The notes under the pieces: generated by a model
Database searches by the model: none
What the model saw: the letters and a program-made list of their open reading frames with translations, nothing else
What the model was told of the DNA's origin: nothing
Source: a candidate division WOR-3 bacterium
Lineage (GTDB): Bacteria; Hydrothermota; Hydrothermia; JBDRYB01
Direction: 5' to 3'
Assembly: GCA_039803205.1 (NCBI GenBank)
Contig: JBDRYB010000028.1
Coordinates: 1 to 21,708 of the forward strand
DNA length: 21,708 bases
Part shown: positions 1 to 9,178 of the stretch, piece by piece
Layout of the letters: each line of letters starts with the position of its first letter
Numbering within the stretch: position 1 is the first letter of the stretch
Program-made: the position numbers and the translations under genes

Positions 1-1
1 T

Positions 2-1804
2 GCTTATTTCGTCAACTACTTCCAGAAACCGGCGTATCTCAAGGCAAAGAAATACAACCAGAACATAAAGGTGGTGATGTCACCTCATAGCTTCAATCTG
101 TGCGGGTATGAGAAGAACTATCTGTATCCTTGGATTTCGCACGAGCAATGGCCCTGGCCATACATCATCAATAATCCCGACTCTCCCGGCCTCTACCAGT
201 GGGCTGATGCCTTCTTTGACGCTGGAGGGGCTGATTACTGCGACATCCTTGAGTATCACACCTATGTTGACTGGAGGATAATGAACTACCCGAACCCGAA
301 TGAACCTTACCACACTGACCCCTGGGAAACACTTCCTGAGGTTCTTCAGGCCCTGGTTGATGTCCACCAGGAACACGGAATAGCAAACCGTGAGATCTGG
401 ATAACCGAGTTCGGGGCCAACTCAGTGACCCTGATGGATACGGCGCCATCCTGGCAGGAAAGAACACGGCTTAAGGCTGAGTATCTGGTTCACTACTACG
501 ATGTGTTCAGGAGATTCATGAGCCCGGACAGCTTCAACTTAACGGTGGCTCAGATGTATAACTACAGGGAGAGGGGAATTGACTGGCTTATCGGAGAGGA
601 CTTTGGCCTCGTGGGTTTCAGCCCGACCAGCTCAGACACGAGCGTGAAATACCCTGAGCAGGCATACATGACCATGAGGGAATACATAAAGGCCTATGAT
701 CAGACAGACACCCTCCTCGCTTCTAGACACTCCAAGGCCACCTTTGGCCCTGGAAACAAGCTTGCCCTTGTTCCAGCCCTAGGAACGATAAGCAAGTGTT
801 GGGTTACTTTCCCTTATAAACAGTATGATCCGGCCCAGAAAACCCTTGTTCTCAAGGGGATAAGGGTCCTGAAAATGGACACCCTTGGCAATACCGATTC
901 AGTGATAAACCTCACGGGTTTGCCATACAACAAGGTTGACCAGGTGGCAATAGCTATCGCTGGGGGAAGGCCCTGCATAGCTTTCACTACCTCTGACAGC
1001 GGAAACCTATTTTACTGGTATAGGGGATTGGCCAACCCCGTGCAGTTGTGGAGCTCAGGGGCTCACACTGGACAGGCTCTTTTCCCGGACATTCAGGGCC
1101 TCGGTGATACGATTCACCTGGTCTTTTATGGGAGATACCAGAGTTCTTATTACATCCGGTGGCTCAAGTTCCGGTATGACCAACCTTCATCCAACTCTAA
1201 GAACCTGAATGTTGGGGCTGAGCCGGCCTGGCTCTCTTTTGATCTGAACAATCAGAGATACCCGTGGGTTGTGTGGGGCCGGAACGATTCCGTTTATCTG
1301 GCCAGATACAACGGCTCTGACTGGGACGAGACGAAGACCGTGGCCAGCTCATACGCTAAGTGGCCCGATATTGCGATCTCTGGTCCTGACACAGCTTGGA
1401 TCGCTTGGCACAACTCGTATAAGGACAGCGTTTTCGTGAAGGGATACCGGCCTTATGCCCTTACGAGGCCCATATACGATGGTTCTGTTGGACCTGCAAG
1501 GGCCGAGGCCTCTCATCCCAGGATAGACTATTACTCAAACAAGGCCTATCTTCTGTGGGCAGATAGCGTTATTGTGCAAGTAGGGCCGATCGGCCCGAAC
1601 CCAAACCCATACAAGCCCTGGTCTTATAACATCCTATACGCCCATGGCAGGAGCTCGTTTGCTGGGGCCTCAGCGGGTGATACACCTTTGCATTCCATTT
1701 ATCCAAGCCTCTCGGTGAGGGCCACGGATAAGATTCTTTCCATCTGGACAGAAGGGGAGTATGAGATCGAGGGGGTTTTCTTTAAGCATCTAATTGTTGA
1801 ATAG
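2..1804 (+). CDS. 5'-truncated glycoside hydrolase-like protein (clan GH-A TIM barrel) with C-terminal beta-rich/propeller-like region
   Basis: Frame is open from base 2 (AYFVNYFQKPAYLKAKKYNQNIKVVM), so the true start lies upstream of the window. Motifs DILEYHTY, IWITEFG (clan GH-A nucleophile context) and DFGLV. C-terminal repeats of type P-x-I-A...W-I/V-x-W. Confidence 0.7.
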   Translation, partial: AYFVNYFQKPAYLKAKKYNQNIKVVMSPHSFNLCGYEKNYLYPWISHEQWPWPYIINNPDSPGLYQWADAFFDAGGADYCDILEYHTYVDWRIMNYPNPNEPYHTDPWETLPEVLQALVDVHQEHGIANREIWITEFGANSVTLMDTAPSWQERTRLKAEYLVHYYDVFRRFMSPDSFNLTVAQMYNYRERGIDWLIGEDFGLVGFSPTSSDTSVKYPEQAYMTMREYIKAYDQTDTLLASRHSKATFGPGNKLALVPALGTISKCWVTFPYKQYDPAQKTLVLKGIRVLKMDTLGNTDSVINLTGLPYNKVDQVAIAIAGGRPCIAFTTSDSGNLFYWYRGLANPVQLWSSGAHTGQALFPDIQGLGDTIHLVFYGRYQSSYYIRWLKFRYDQPSSNSKNLNVGAEPAWLSFDLNNQRYPWVVWGRNDSVYLARYNGSDWDETKTVASSYAKWPDIAISGPDTAWIAWHNSYKDSVFVKGYRPYALTRPIYDGSVGPARAEASHPRIDYYSNKAYLLWADSVIVQVGPIGPNPNPYKPWSYNILYAHGRSSFAGASAGDTPLHSIYPSLSVRATDKILSIWTEGEYEIEGVFFKHLIVE

Positions 1805-1826
1805 GCCCGGGGCTAAGCTCTAAAAT

Positions 1827-1856
1827 TTCACCCTTAGCGAGAAAAAGGGTTAGTTT
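1827..1856 (+). promoter_or_regulatory. Putative sigma70 promoter for rpsQ operon (probably leaderless)
   Basis: TTCACC(1827-1832)-18 bp-TAGTTT(1851-1856); ATG 6 nt further on with no SD. Overlaps inverted repeat ACCCTT/AAGGGT (1830-1850). Confidence 0.4.
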
Positions 1857-1862
1857 ATTAAA

Positions 1863-2126
1863 ATGAAAAGGAGTAAACGCAAGACGGTCAAAGGCACGGT
1901 CATATCCGACAGGATGGATAAAAGCGTTGTTGTGGTCACCGAAACCCTGGCCAGGCACCCCCTCTATGGGAAGTTCGTCCGGAAACGCAAGAAGCTCTAC
2001 GCCCACGATGAGGAGAACCAGTGCTCGGTTGGCGATGTCGTGCTCCTAGCTGAGACGAGGCCTCTATCCAAGACCAAGAGATGGAGGGTGGTGAAGATAG
2101 TGAAGAAAGCGGAGAAACTGGAATGA
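1863..2126 (+). CDS. rpsQ: 30S ribosomal protein S17
   Basis: [39 protein letters not shown]. Confidence 0.98.
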   Translation: MKRSKRKTVKGTVISDRMDKSVVVVTETLARHPLYGKFVRKRKKLYAHDEENQCSVGDVVLLAETRPLSKTKRWRVVKIVKKAEKLE

Positions 2127-2491
2127 TACAGGACACCACATTCCTGCGCATAGCGGACAACACCGGAGCCCAGAGCGCGATGGTGATAAGGGTTATGGGA
2201 GGGTCAAAGCGCAGATACGCGAGGGTTGGGGATGTAGTGGTTGTGAGCATAAAGGACGCGGTTCCGGGCGCGCCAATAAAGAAGGGCGCGGTTGAGAAAG
2301 CGGTTATAATAAGAACGAGGAAGGAAACAAGGAGGCCTGACGGCACATACATACGGTTTGATGACAACGCGGCGGTAATAATAGACCAGAACGGTGACCC
2401 AAAGGGCACGAGGGTTTTTGGCCCCGTTGCCCGAGAGCTCAGGGACAAGAAGTTCATGAAAATAATATCCTTGGCGCCGGAGGTGCTCTGA
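2123..2491 (+). CDS. rplN: 50S ribosomal protein L14
   Basis: [38 protein letters not shown]. Start moved to ATG 2123 (ATGA overlap with rpsQ stop). Confidence 0.98.
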   Translation: MIQDTTFLRIADNTGAQSAMVIRVMGGSKRRYARVGDVVVVSIKDAVPGAPIKKGAVEKAVIIRTRKETRRPDGTYIRFDDNAAVIIDQNGDPKGTRVFGPVARELRDKKFMKIISLAPEVL

Positions 2492-2808
2492 TGGGCTTCA
2501 GAATACGCAAGGGTGACACGATCCGAGTCATGAGGGGCCGGGCCCGTGGCGAGGAGGGAAAGGTCACGCGCGTCCTCAGGGAAAAACGGATGCTCATAGC
2601 TGAGGGCGTCAACCTCCTGAAGAAACACCAAAGGCCACGGGGCCAGAACAAGCCCTCCGGTATAATAGAGATACCCGGTCCGGTTAGGCTTGATTGCGTC
2701 GCGCTCGTGTGTCCGAAGTGCAAGAAGCCCACCAAGGTAGGATTTGCGTTTGATGAGGCCGGAAAAAAGTTTAGGGTCTGCAAGAAATGCGGGGAGGCGA
2801 TAGACTGA
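2491..2808 (+). CDS. rplX: 50S ribosomal protein L24 (two CxxC motifs)
   Basis: RIRKGDTIRV..G..G (KOW), EGVNLLKKHQRP, CPKC...CKKC. Confidence 0.97.
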   Translation: MGFRIRKGDTIRVMRGRARGEEGKVTRVLREKRMLIAEGVNLLKKHQRPRGQNKPSGIIEIPGPVRLDCVALVCPKCKKPTKVGFAFDEAGKKFRVCKKCGEAID

Positions 2809-3353
2809 TGTCCAGATTGCTCTCAGAATACAGAAAGAAGATAAGGCCCAGGCTCATGAAGGAGCTTGGCTACAGGAACATCAATGCTGTGCCAAGGATA
2901 ATCAAGGTCATCGTCTCCACCACAACGAGTAAGGCCATCCAGGACCCGAAGATCCTGGATGTCATATCCGATGACATGGCTATGATAACTGGCCAGCGTC
3001 CAGCTGTGACCAGAGCGAGGAAATCCGTTGCGGGCTTCCACCTGAGGAAGGGCGCGCCCATAGGGCTTAAAGTAACCTTAAGGGGTGGTAGGGCCTATGA
3101 CTTCATAGATAGGTTGGTTAACTTTGCCCTTCCGAGGGTGAGGGACTTCCGCGGCATACCCATAGACTCCTTTGATGGCAGAGGAAGCTATACATTCGGG
3201 GTGGACGAACAACTCATCTTCCCGGAGATAGAAGTGGATAAGGTGAAAACGACCTTCGGGATGAACATCACAATTGTCACATCCGCCAAGCGCGACGAGG
3301 AAGCCTTCCAATTGCTGTCAGCTCTGGGTTTTCCGTTTGAAAGGAGAGCATAA
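2808..3353 (+). CDS. rplE: 50S ribosomal protein L5
   Basis: [37 protein letters not shown]. Start moved to ATG 2808 (TGATG overlap). Confidence 0.98.
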   Translation: MSRLLSEYRKKIRPRLMKELGYRNINAVPRIIKVIVSTTTSKAIQDPKILDVISDDMAMITGQRPAVTRARKSVAGFHLRKGAPIGLKVTLRGGRAYDFIDRLVNFALPRVRDFRGIPIDSFDGRGSYTFGVDEQLIFPEIEVDKVKTTFGMNITIVTSAKRDEEAFQLLSALGFPFERRA

Positions 3354-3538
3354 TGGCTAGCAGGTGCCAATGGGAAAAGATGAAGCGCAAACCCAAGTTC
3401 AAGACCAGAAGGGTTAACCGCTGTTCTCGCTGCGGCAGGGACAGGGGCTACATACGCAGGTTCGGGATATGCAGGATATGCTTCCGGGAGCTCGCTTTGG
3501 CTGGCGAGATACCCGGAGTGGTAAAGGCGAGCTGGTAG
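3353..3538 (+). CDS. rpsN: 30S ribosomal protein S14, zinc-binding type
   Basis: 61 aa, RCSRCGR...[21 protein letters not shown]. Confidence 0.98.
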   Translation: MASRCQWEKMKRKPKFKTRRVNRCSRCGRDRGYIRRFGICRICFRELALAGEIPGVVKASW

Positions 3539-3547
3539 GGAGGATCT

Positions 3548-3928
3548 ATGGATGTAATAGGAGACATGCTGACCAGAATTAGAAACGCCCTCTCCGCGGG
3601 ACACAAGGAGTGCGTGATATATCCGGCATCCAAGATGAAAATTGCCATCCTTGAGATACTCAGGAAAGAAGGTTACATAGAGGGCTTTTCGGTTGAGGGC
3701 AGAAACATCTCGGTCCGTCTAAGGTATGACAGAAAGGGTAGGCCCGCCATGAGCCATCTTGAGAGGGTCTCAAAGCCATCCAGAAGGATATATGTTAGCG
3801 CGAGGGAGGTCCCATGGGTTCAGAACGGCCTCGGAATAGCCATCATTTCAACATCAAAGGGCCTCCTAACCGATTATGAGGCCAGGCAAAAGAGGCTCGG
3901 GGGAGAGGTTATCTGCGAGGTATGGTAA
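3548..3928 (+). CDS. rpsH: 30S ribosomal protein S8
   Basis: DMLTRIRNA, SKPSRRIY, ISTSKGLLTD, GGEVICEVW; SD GGAGG upstream. Confidence 0.98.
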   Translation: MDVIGDMLTRIRNALSAGHKECVIYPASKMKIAILEILRKEGYIEGFSVEGRNISVRLRYDRKGRPAMSHLERVSKPSRRIYVSAREVPWVQNGLGIAIISTSKGLLTDYEARQKRLGGEVICEVW

Positions 3929-3932
3929 GAGG

Positions 3933-4508
3933 ATGAGCAAGATAGGGAAGAAACCAATATCCTTGCCGAAAGGCACTGAGGCCAAGCTAGACGACGGATC
4001 GTGCACGATCAAGGGCCCGCTCGGGGAGATAACTGTGCCTCTGAGGTCCGAGGTTGAGGTGCGGCTGGAAGAAGGCATGATATTCGTTGAACAAAAGGGT
4101 CAGGGCAAGTTCGCACACTCCCTTCAGGGAACGATACGCCAGCTCATAGCTAACGCGGTGGAAGGAGTAACAAAGGGTTTCAGGCGCGAGCTCCTGGTTG
4201 TGGGTTCAGGATACAGAGCGAAGATGGAGGGCAAGAAACTCGTTCTCACAGTAGGGTATTCACACCCTGTCGTCTATGAGCCACCGGAAGGCATAAAGAT
4301 TGAGGTCTCCCCAGAAAAGGTCTCCGTAGGAGGCACTGATGCTGTAAAGGTAATAGTCTCGGGCACGGACAAGCAGAAGGTAGGCCAGGTAGCGGCTCAT
4401 ATCAGGGGTATAAAACCGCCTGATGTCTATAAGGGCAAGGGCGTGCGGTATGCGGACGAGATAATCCACCTAAAGCCAGGCAAATCAGCCACAACAGGAG
4501 GCAAATGA
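3933..4508 (+). CDS. rplF: 50S ribosomal protein L6
   Basis: MSKIGKKPI, GVTKGF, VGYSHPV, DKQKVGQVAA, PDVYKGKGVRY. Start moved to ATG 3933. Confidence 0.98.
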   Translation: MSKIGKKPISLPKGTEAKLDDGSCTIKGPLGEITVPLRSEVEVRLEEGMIFVEQKGQGKFAHSLQGTIRQLIANAVEGVTKGFRRELLVVGSGYRAKMEGKKLVLTVGYSHPVVYEPPEGIKIEVSPEKVSVGGTDAVKVIVSGTDKQKVGQVAAHIRGIKPPDVYKGKGVRYADEIIHLKPGKSATTGGK

Positions 4509-4897
4509 TGGCGGTATCCGAGCGCGAGAAAACCCTTTATAGGTTCACAAGGCGCAAGCGCAGGCAGAGACGCATAGGGAAGAAGGTGATAGGCACCCAG
4601 GAACGCCCGCGCCTTCTGGTAATAAAGAGCCACAAGCACCTCTACGCGCAGTTGGTAATTGATCCGCCCGGAGCACCGTGCCGGGTGATAACGGGTGCCT
4701 CAACCCTGAGCCCCGGCCTCAGGGAAAACCTAAAGGGCACCCAAGAGGACAAAGCAAGAGCCCTTGGGGCTTTCATGGCAAAAAGGGTCCAGGATAAAGG
4801 CTACAAGAAGGTCGTATTCGATCGCTCCGGATATCCCTACCACGGGGTGATAAAGGCCTTCGCGGAGGCGCTGAGAGAAGGAGGATTGGAGTTCTGA
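4505..4897 (+). CDS. rplR: 50S ribosomal protein L18
   Basis: GTQERPRL, HLYAQL, VVFDRSGYPYHGVIKAFAE..REGGLEF; start may be 4505 or 4508. Confidence 0.97.
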   Translation: MMAVSEREKTLYRFTRRKRRQRRIGKKVIGTQERPRLLVIKSHKHLYAQLVIDPPGAPCRVITGASTLSPGLRENLKGTQEDKARALGAFMAKRVQDKGYKKVVFDRSGYPYHGVIKAFAEALREGGLEF

Positions 4898-5469
4898 TGC
4901 CCAGAGAAAAAGAGATAACATACGAGGAGGAATACACCGAGTTCGCGGAGAATGTGGTGTCAATAAGCCGTGTCTCCAAGATGACGAAAGGGGGCCGGAC
5001 ATTCAAGCTTACCGCTTGGGTTGTTGTTGGCGACGGTCAAGGCAGGGTCGGGATAGGCCGTGGTTCTGGAAAGGAGACCCCAGCGGCCATAGAGAAAGCG
5101 AAGAGAAAGGCCACGAAGAACATGCGGAGGGTCATACTCTGGCATGGCACCCTCCCCCACCCCGTTGTTGTGAAGCATGGAGCCACGAGGATGATAATGA
5201 AACCAGCTGCGCCGGGCACAGGCATAAAAGCTTGCCAGGCCGCGAGGGCAATCCTTGAGGCCGCTGGCTACAAGAATGTGCTCACAAAGGTGCACGGGGG
5301 AGGCTCAGTGGTCAACATCCTGAAGGCAACGATGAAGGGCCTTTTGTCCTTGAAGGACCCCGCTGAGGTAGCTGAGATAAGGGGCAAGGACCCGGATAAG
5401 ATAATGAGGAGGTTCTCAAGTGGCCCGAGAAAAGAAAAAGAGGCTCCTGAAAATAACCCTGAGGGCTAG
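4897..5469 (+). CDS. rpsE: 30S ribosomal protein S5
   Basis: [32 protein letters not shown]. Confidence 0.97.
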   Translation: MPREKEITYEEEYTEFAENVVSISRVSKMTKGGRTFKLTAWVVVGDGQGRVGIGRGSGKETPAAIEKAKRKATKNMRRVILWHGTLPHPVVVKHGATRMIMKPAAPGTGIKACQAARAILEAAGYKNVLTKVHGGGSVVNILKATMKGLLSLKDPAEVAEIRGKDPDKIMRRFSSGPRKEKEAPENNPEG

Positions 5470-5623
5470 CCTCATTGACATGCACAAGAAAAACGAGGCA
5501 ACCCTGAGGGCACTTGGCCTCCGGAGGATCGGACAGGCGGTAATCAAGGAGGATAACCCGGCAATAAGGGGAATGATAAAGAAGGTCTCCCAGTATCTGG
5601 AAGTTGAGGAGGTCTCAGAATGA
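5420..5623 (+). CDS. rpmD: 50S ribosomal protein L30
   Basis: [37 protein letters not shown] start with SD GAGGAGG (5406-5412). Confidence 0.95.
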   Translation: MAREKKKRLLKITLRASLIDMHKKNEATLRALGLRRIGQAVIKEDNPAIRGMIKKVSQYLEVEEVSE

Positions 5624-6123
5624 TAAACCTTTCAAACCTCAGGCCCAGCCCTGGCGCGCACAAAAAGCCCAGGAGGCTCGGCCGCGGGCCCGGCTCGGGC
5701 AGGGGAAAGACCTCCGGCAGGGGCCACAAGGGCCAAAACTCAAGAGGCTCAGGCAAGGGCCCCTGGTTTGAAGGGGGCCAAACCCCCCTCCACAGGAGGC
5801 TCCCCAAAAGAGGGTTTCACAACCCATTCAGAAAGGAGTATCAGATAATTAACCTGAGGGACATAGAGGCTCGCTTCTCTGAGGGCGACGAGGTGACGCC
5901 CGAAACACTGAGAGCCAAGGGCCTCATAAAGTCCAGGCTCCCCGTGAAGCTGCTGGGTCAGGGCAAGCTAACCAAGAGGCTCACGGTTAGACTGGACGCG
6001 GCATCTAGTTCCGCGAAAGAGGCGGTTCTCGCGTGCGGCGGAACACTGGAGGTGCTAGAAAAGGATAAGGAAAAAGCGGAGGCCCGGACCCCAGAAAAAC
6101 CTGAACCCCCAGGAGAAGGCTGA
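5620..6123 (+). CDS. rplO: 50S ribosomal protein L15
   Basis: [38 protein letters not shown]. Confidence 0.98.
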   Translation: MINLSNLRPSPGAHKKPRRLGRGPGSGRGKTSGRGHKGQNSRGSGKGPWFEGGQTPLHRRLPKRGFHNPFRKEYQIINLRDIEARFSEGDEVTPETLRAKGLIKSRLPVKLLGQGKLTKRLTVRLDAASSSAKEAVLACGGTLEVLEKDKEKAEARTPEKPEPPGEG

Positions 6124-7439
6124 TGTTTCAATCACCCCAGAACATATTCAAGATAGAGGAGCTGAAACAGAGAATACTCTTTACCCTGGGCCTCATACTC
6201 ATCTACAGGATAGGAACCCACATCCCCATGCCGGGGGTCAACGCGGCAGCCCTTGGAGAGTTCTTCAGGGAGGCTCTCGCTGGGACGGTTTTCGGGCTTT
6301 ACGACATATTCGTTGGGGGCGCGCTCCAGAGGGCCGCGATCTTTGGCATAGGCATAATGCCCTACATATCCGCCTCCATCATATTCCAGCTTCTAGCGGC
6401 CTCGGTTCCGTATTTTGAGCGCATACAGAAAGAAGGCGAGCACGGCCGCAGGAAGATAAACCAGTGGACGAGATACCTGACCATACTGGTTGCTGGAATA
6501 CAGGCTTTCGGCATATCAACATTCCTGCAGAGGCTCGTTAGCCCATCAGGGCTTCCGGTCGTCCCGTTCCCGGGCCCCCTGTTCACCATATCCGTGATAA
6601 TAACCCTAATAGGCGGGACGATGCTCCTCATGTGGATGGGGGAGCAGATAACCGAGCGCGGGATAGGAAACGGTATATCCGTGCTCATTTTCGTTGGAAC
6701 CCTTGATTCCATCCCCAACGAGATAATGAACTCAATAACCCTTTGGCGCTCAGGAGCGGTAAGTTGGGTCGCGGTTGTAGCCCTGGTGGTTATAATGGTG
6801 GTGATAACCGCGGCGGTTGTCGTAGTTACCGAGGCCCAGAGGAGGATCCCAATTCACTACGCGAAGAGGGTCGTGGGCAGGAAGGTCTATGGTGGCCAGG
6901 CAACATACTTGCCCCTCACCGTGAATACAGCGGGCGTTATTCCCATAATATTCGCGCAGTCAGTCCTCATGTTCCCCCAAACCATCCAAACATTCACAGC
7001 CGCGACTTGGGCAGAGCAAATAACAAATCTCTTCAGGCCAGGAACACTTGTCTACGACATAATCTACGCTCTTCTCATCATATTCTTCGCCTACTTTTAC
7101 ACCTCTGTGGTCATAAACCCGAAGGACATGGCGGACAACCTTCAGCGCTACTCAGGGTTCATACCGGGCATCCGTCCGGGGGAGAAGACGGCGGAATACA
7201 TTGACAGGGTTCTAACCAGGATAATCCTCCCCGGCGCCATTTTCTACGCTTTCATCGCTCTTATACCCTGGTATATCACAAAGGGCCTGAACATCCCCAT
7301 GTATTTCGGCGGCACAAGGCTCCTGATTGTTGTCGGTGTTGCCTTAGAGATAGTCAACCAGATAAACGCTCATCTGGTCATGCGGCAGTATGATTCTCTG
7401 CTCAAGAAGGGCAAGGTAAGGGGGTGGAGGGGATCGTGA
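6123..7439 (+). CDS. secY: Preprotein translocase subunit SecY
   Basis: IGIMPYISASII, WMGEQITERGIGNGIS, AGVIPIIFA, FIPGIRPG, FGGT..LIVVGV; multiple hydrophobic segments. Confidence 0.98.
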   Translation: MFQSPQNIFKIEELKQRILFTLGLILIYRIGTHIPMPGVNAAALGEFFREALAGTVFGLYDIFVGGALQRAAIFGIGIMPYISASIIFQLLAASVPYFERIQKEGEHGRRKINQWTRYLTILVAGIQAFGISTFLQRLVSPSGLPVVPFPGPLFTISVIITLIGGTMLLMWMGEQITERGIGNGISVLIFVGTLDSIPNEIMNSITLWRSGAVSWVAVVALVVIMVVITAAVVVVTEAQRRIPIHYAKRVVGRKVYGGQATYLPLTVNTAGVIPIIFAQSVLMFPQTIQTFTAATWAEQITNLFRPGTLVYDIIYALLIIFFAYFYTSVVINPKDMADNLQRYSGFIPGIRPGEKTAEYIDRVLTRIILPGAIFYAFIALIPWYITKGLNIPMYFGGTRLLIVVGVALEIVNQINAHLVMRQYDSLLKKGKVRGWRGS

Positions 7440-7466
7440 TTTCTCCTGTTTGATCCGCCTCCCCCT
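7421..7466 (+). other. GC-rich imperfect hairpin spanning the secY stop (possible transcript 3' end structure)
   Basis: GGAGGGGATC (7426-7435) can pair with GATCCGCCTCC (7452-7462) with one bulge; no U-tract follows. Confidence 0.25.
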
Positions 7467-7479
7467 CCCCCATTAGAAT
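7450..7479 (+). promoter_or_regulatory. Putative sigma70 promoter of the 7507 gene
   Basis: TTGATC(7450-7455)-18 bp-TAGAAT(7474-7479); SD AAAGGAG before ATG 7507. Confidence 0.45.
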
Positions 7480-7506
7480 TTCCCAGCTAACCCAAAGGAG
7501 ACAGAG

Positions 7507-7872
7507 ATGAACGGCATAATTGAACACTCAAGGCTGGAAGGTGCCCTCAGAGGCATGAAGGGCTGGCTGAAGTTTCTGGGTATCCTCACGATCATCATGG
7601 GGATCCCCAGCGCGCTCATGCTAATAGGCATACTATACATATGGCTTGGCATCGTTCTCTACCAGGCAGGCTCCAAAGCACAACAGTTTCTCCTGTCCAA
7701 GTCATCGGACGATCTCGCTGATTTCGCTGGCAAGCTCAGGACATACTTCCTGGTCACGGGCATCCTGGCCCTCATAAGCATCATCTTAGCCATCGTGGGC
7801 GGCTGCATATACGCTATAATCATAATAATGGCCATAGCAGGAGGCACATTCCAGGGGCTTCAGAACTACTAG
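7507..7872 (+). CDS. Small membrane protein, DUF5362-like
   Basis: W-L-K-F-L-G-I..G..LYQAG..K..LRTYF...GI pattern with long hydrophobic segments; strong SD. Family assigned from recall, not searched. Confidence 0.7.
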   Translation: MNGIIEHSRLEGALRGMKGWLKFLGILTIIMGIPSALMLIGILYIWLGIVLYQAGSKAQQFLLSKSSDDLADFAGKLRTYFLVTGILALISIILAIVGGCIYAIIIIMAIAGGTFQGLQNY

Positions 7873-7895
7873 AAAGAGAGCAGGTGCCGGGTTTT

Positions 7896-9101
7896 TTATT
7901 TCGCAGAATAGACCTCCTTGCCACCGACGAAGACCCTGTAGGTCAGCTTCCGCCCCAGATGGTAGAACATGTGAACGGGGTCATCCGCATCGAGAATGAG
8001 GAGGTCCGCCCTCTTGCCCGGCGCGAGGGTGCCGCGGTCCTCAAGGCCAAGGGCAAGCGCCGCGTTTACTGTGATACCTAGAAGAGCCTCTTCTATGGTT
8101 AATCCTCCGGCCAGAACCCCTATGGTTGCGGCAAGTATAAGGGAAAGGGTCGGAGAGGTTCCGGGGTTGTGATCCGTTGCCAGAGCAATTCTGAGGCCAT
8201 GCTCCCTGAAACGCTGGACTGGCGCATACGGCTTTCTCAGGGTGAATGATGTCGCCGGGAGCATAACAGCTACGGTTCCGGCTTCTGCCATAGCCCTCAG
8301 GCCCTCATCCGAAGGATGCAAAAGGTGATCCGCAGAAACGGCCCTCCACTTGCCGGCCATCTCAGCGCCGCCGGTGGGGGCGAGCTCATCAGCGTGGATC
8401 TTGAGCTTGTATCCGAGATCGGATGCCATGCCGAAAATGCGTTCCGTCTCATCGCGGCTGAAAGCGCCCTCGTCCATGAAAACATCGCAAAACGCCGCGA
8501 ACTCCTTGGCCGCAGGGAGCATCTCGTTCACGACGAGATCAACATATGCCTTTCTGTTATCCTTGAACTCGGGAGGGACCGCGTGCGCTCCCAGGAATGT
8601 GGGAACTATCTGGAACCCTTCCTCAGAGAGCCTCTTTGCGACCCTAAGCGATCTGAGCTCGTGCTCCACCGATAGGCCATAGCCGGATTTGATCTCAACC
8701 GTTGTCACGCCCCAGGAAAGCATCTCACAAAGCCTTTCTTCTGCAACAAGGTAAAGCTCCTCGTCGGATGCGGCTCTGGTTGCCCTAACTGTTGACAGGA
8801 TCCCGCCACCAGCTCTCAGTATTTCTAAATAATCGGCCCCAGAAAGCCTTTGCGCAAACTCGAGTGCCCTGTTCCCAGCGTAAACCAGGTGAGTGTGAGG
8901 ATCAACGAGACCAGGCATGGCACAGCGGCCTCCCGCATCAATGACCTCGGCTCCCTGAGGAACCAGATGCCTTATTTCATCCTCGGGGCCTACTGCCTTT
9001 ATTATCTCGTGATCAACTAGTATGGCCGCGTTTTTCACCGGCGAAAGCCCTCTGGTCATGGTGAGGGCCTGAGAGAGGTTACGGATGAAAATGCTTCTCA
9101 T
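7896..9101 (-). CDS. hutI: Imidazolonepropionase (amidohydrolase superfamily)
   Basis: PGLVDPHTHLVYAGNRA.EF, GGGILSTVRATR, EIKSGYGL, TFLGAHA, KIHADEL, SADHL, ATDHNPGTSP. Confidence 0.95.
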   Translation of the reverse strand: MRSIFIRNLSQALTMTRGLSPVKNAAILVDHEIIKAVGPEDEIRHLVPQGAEVIDAGGRCAMPGLVDPHTHLVYAGNRALEFAQRLSGADYLEILRAGGGILSTVRATRAASDEELYLVAEERLCEMLSWGVTTVEIKSGYGLSVEHELRSLRVAKRLSEEGFQIVPTFLGAHAVPPEFKDNRKAYVDLVVNEMLPAAKEFAAFCDVFMDEGAFSRDETERIFGMASDLGYKLKIHADELAPTGGAEMAGKWRAVSADHLLHPSDEGLRAMAEAGTVAVMLPATSFTLRKPYAPVQRFREHGLRIALATDHNPGTSPTLSLILAATIGVLAGGLTIEEALLGITVNAALALGLEDRGTLAPGKRADLLILDADDPVHMFYHLGRKLTYRVFVGGKEVYSAK

Positions 9102-9124
9102 GATTGCTATTTTTCAAAGCTCGT

Positions 9125-9178
9125 AGGATCTTACGGGGAATTAGGCCTTGGGGAAACATCAAAAAGCCGCAAGATCCT
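9125..9178 (-). other. 12-bp stem-loop between tRNA-Ile 3' end and hutI start
   Basis: On the minus strand AGGATCTTGCGG pairs with CCGTAAGATCCT (one G-U), 30-nt loop. Confidence 0.5.

Noticed and set aside
1936..2631. 231-aa minus-strand ORF and other antisense ORFs across the r-protein operon
   Set aside because: Shadows of conserved rpsQ/rplN/rplX etc.; no motifs or translation signals
2700..2800. CxxC...CxxC in L24 as a novelty
   Set aside because: Zinc-ribbon L24 variants are known (e.g. Thermus, Clostridia)
2790..2860. S8 autoregulatory hairpin at the rplX-rplE junction
   Set aside because: No convincing helix-21 mimic could be identified by eye
7896..9101. hutI without hutH/U/G as a novel pathway
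   Set aside because: All HutI motifs are canonical, and scattered hut genes are common in shuffled genomes
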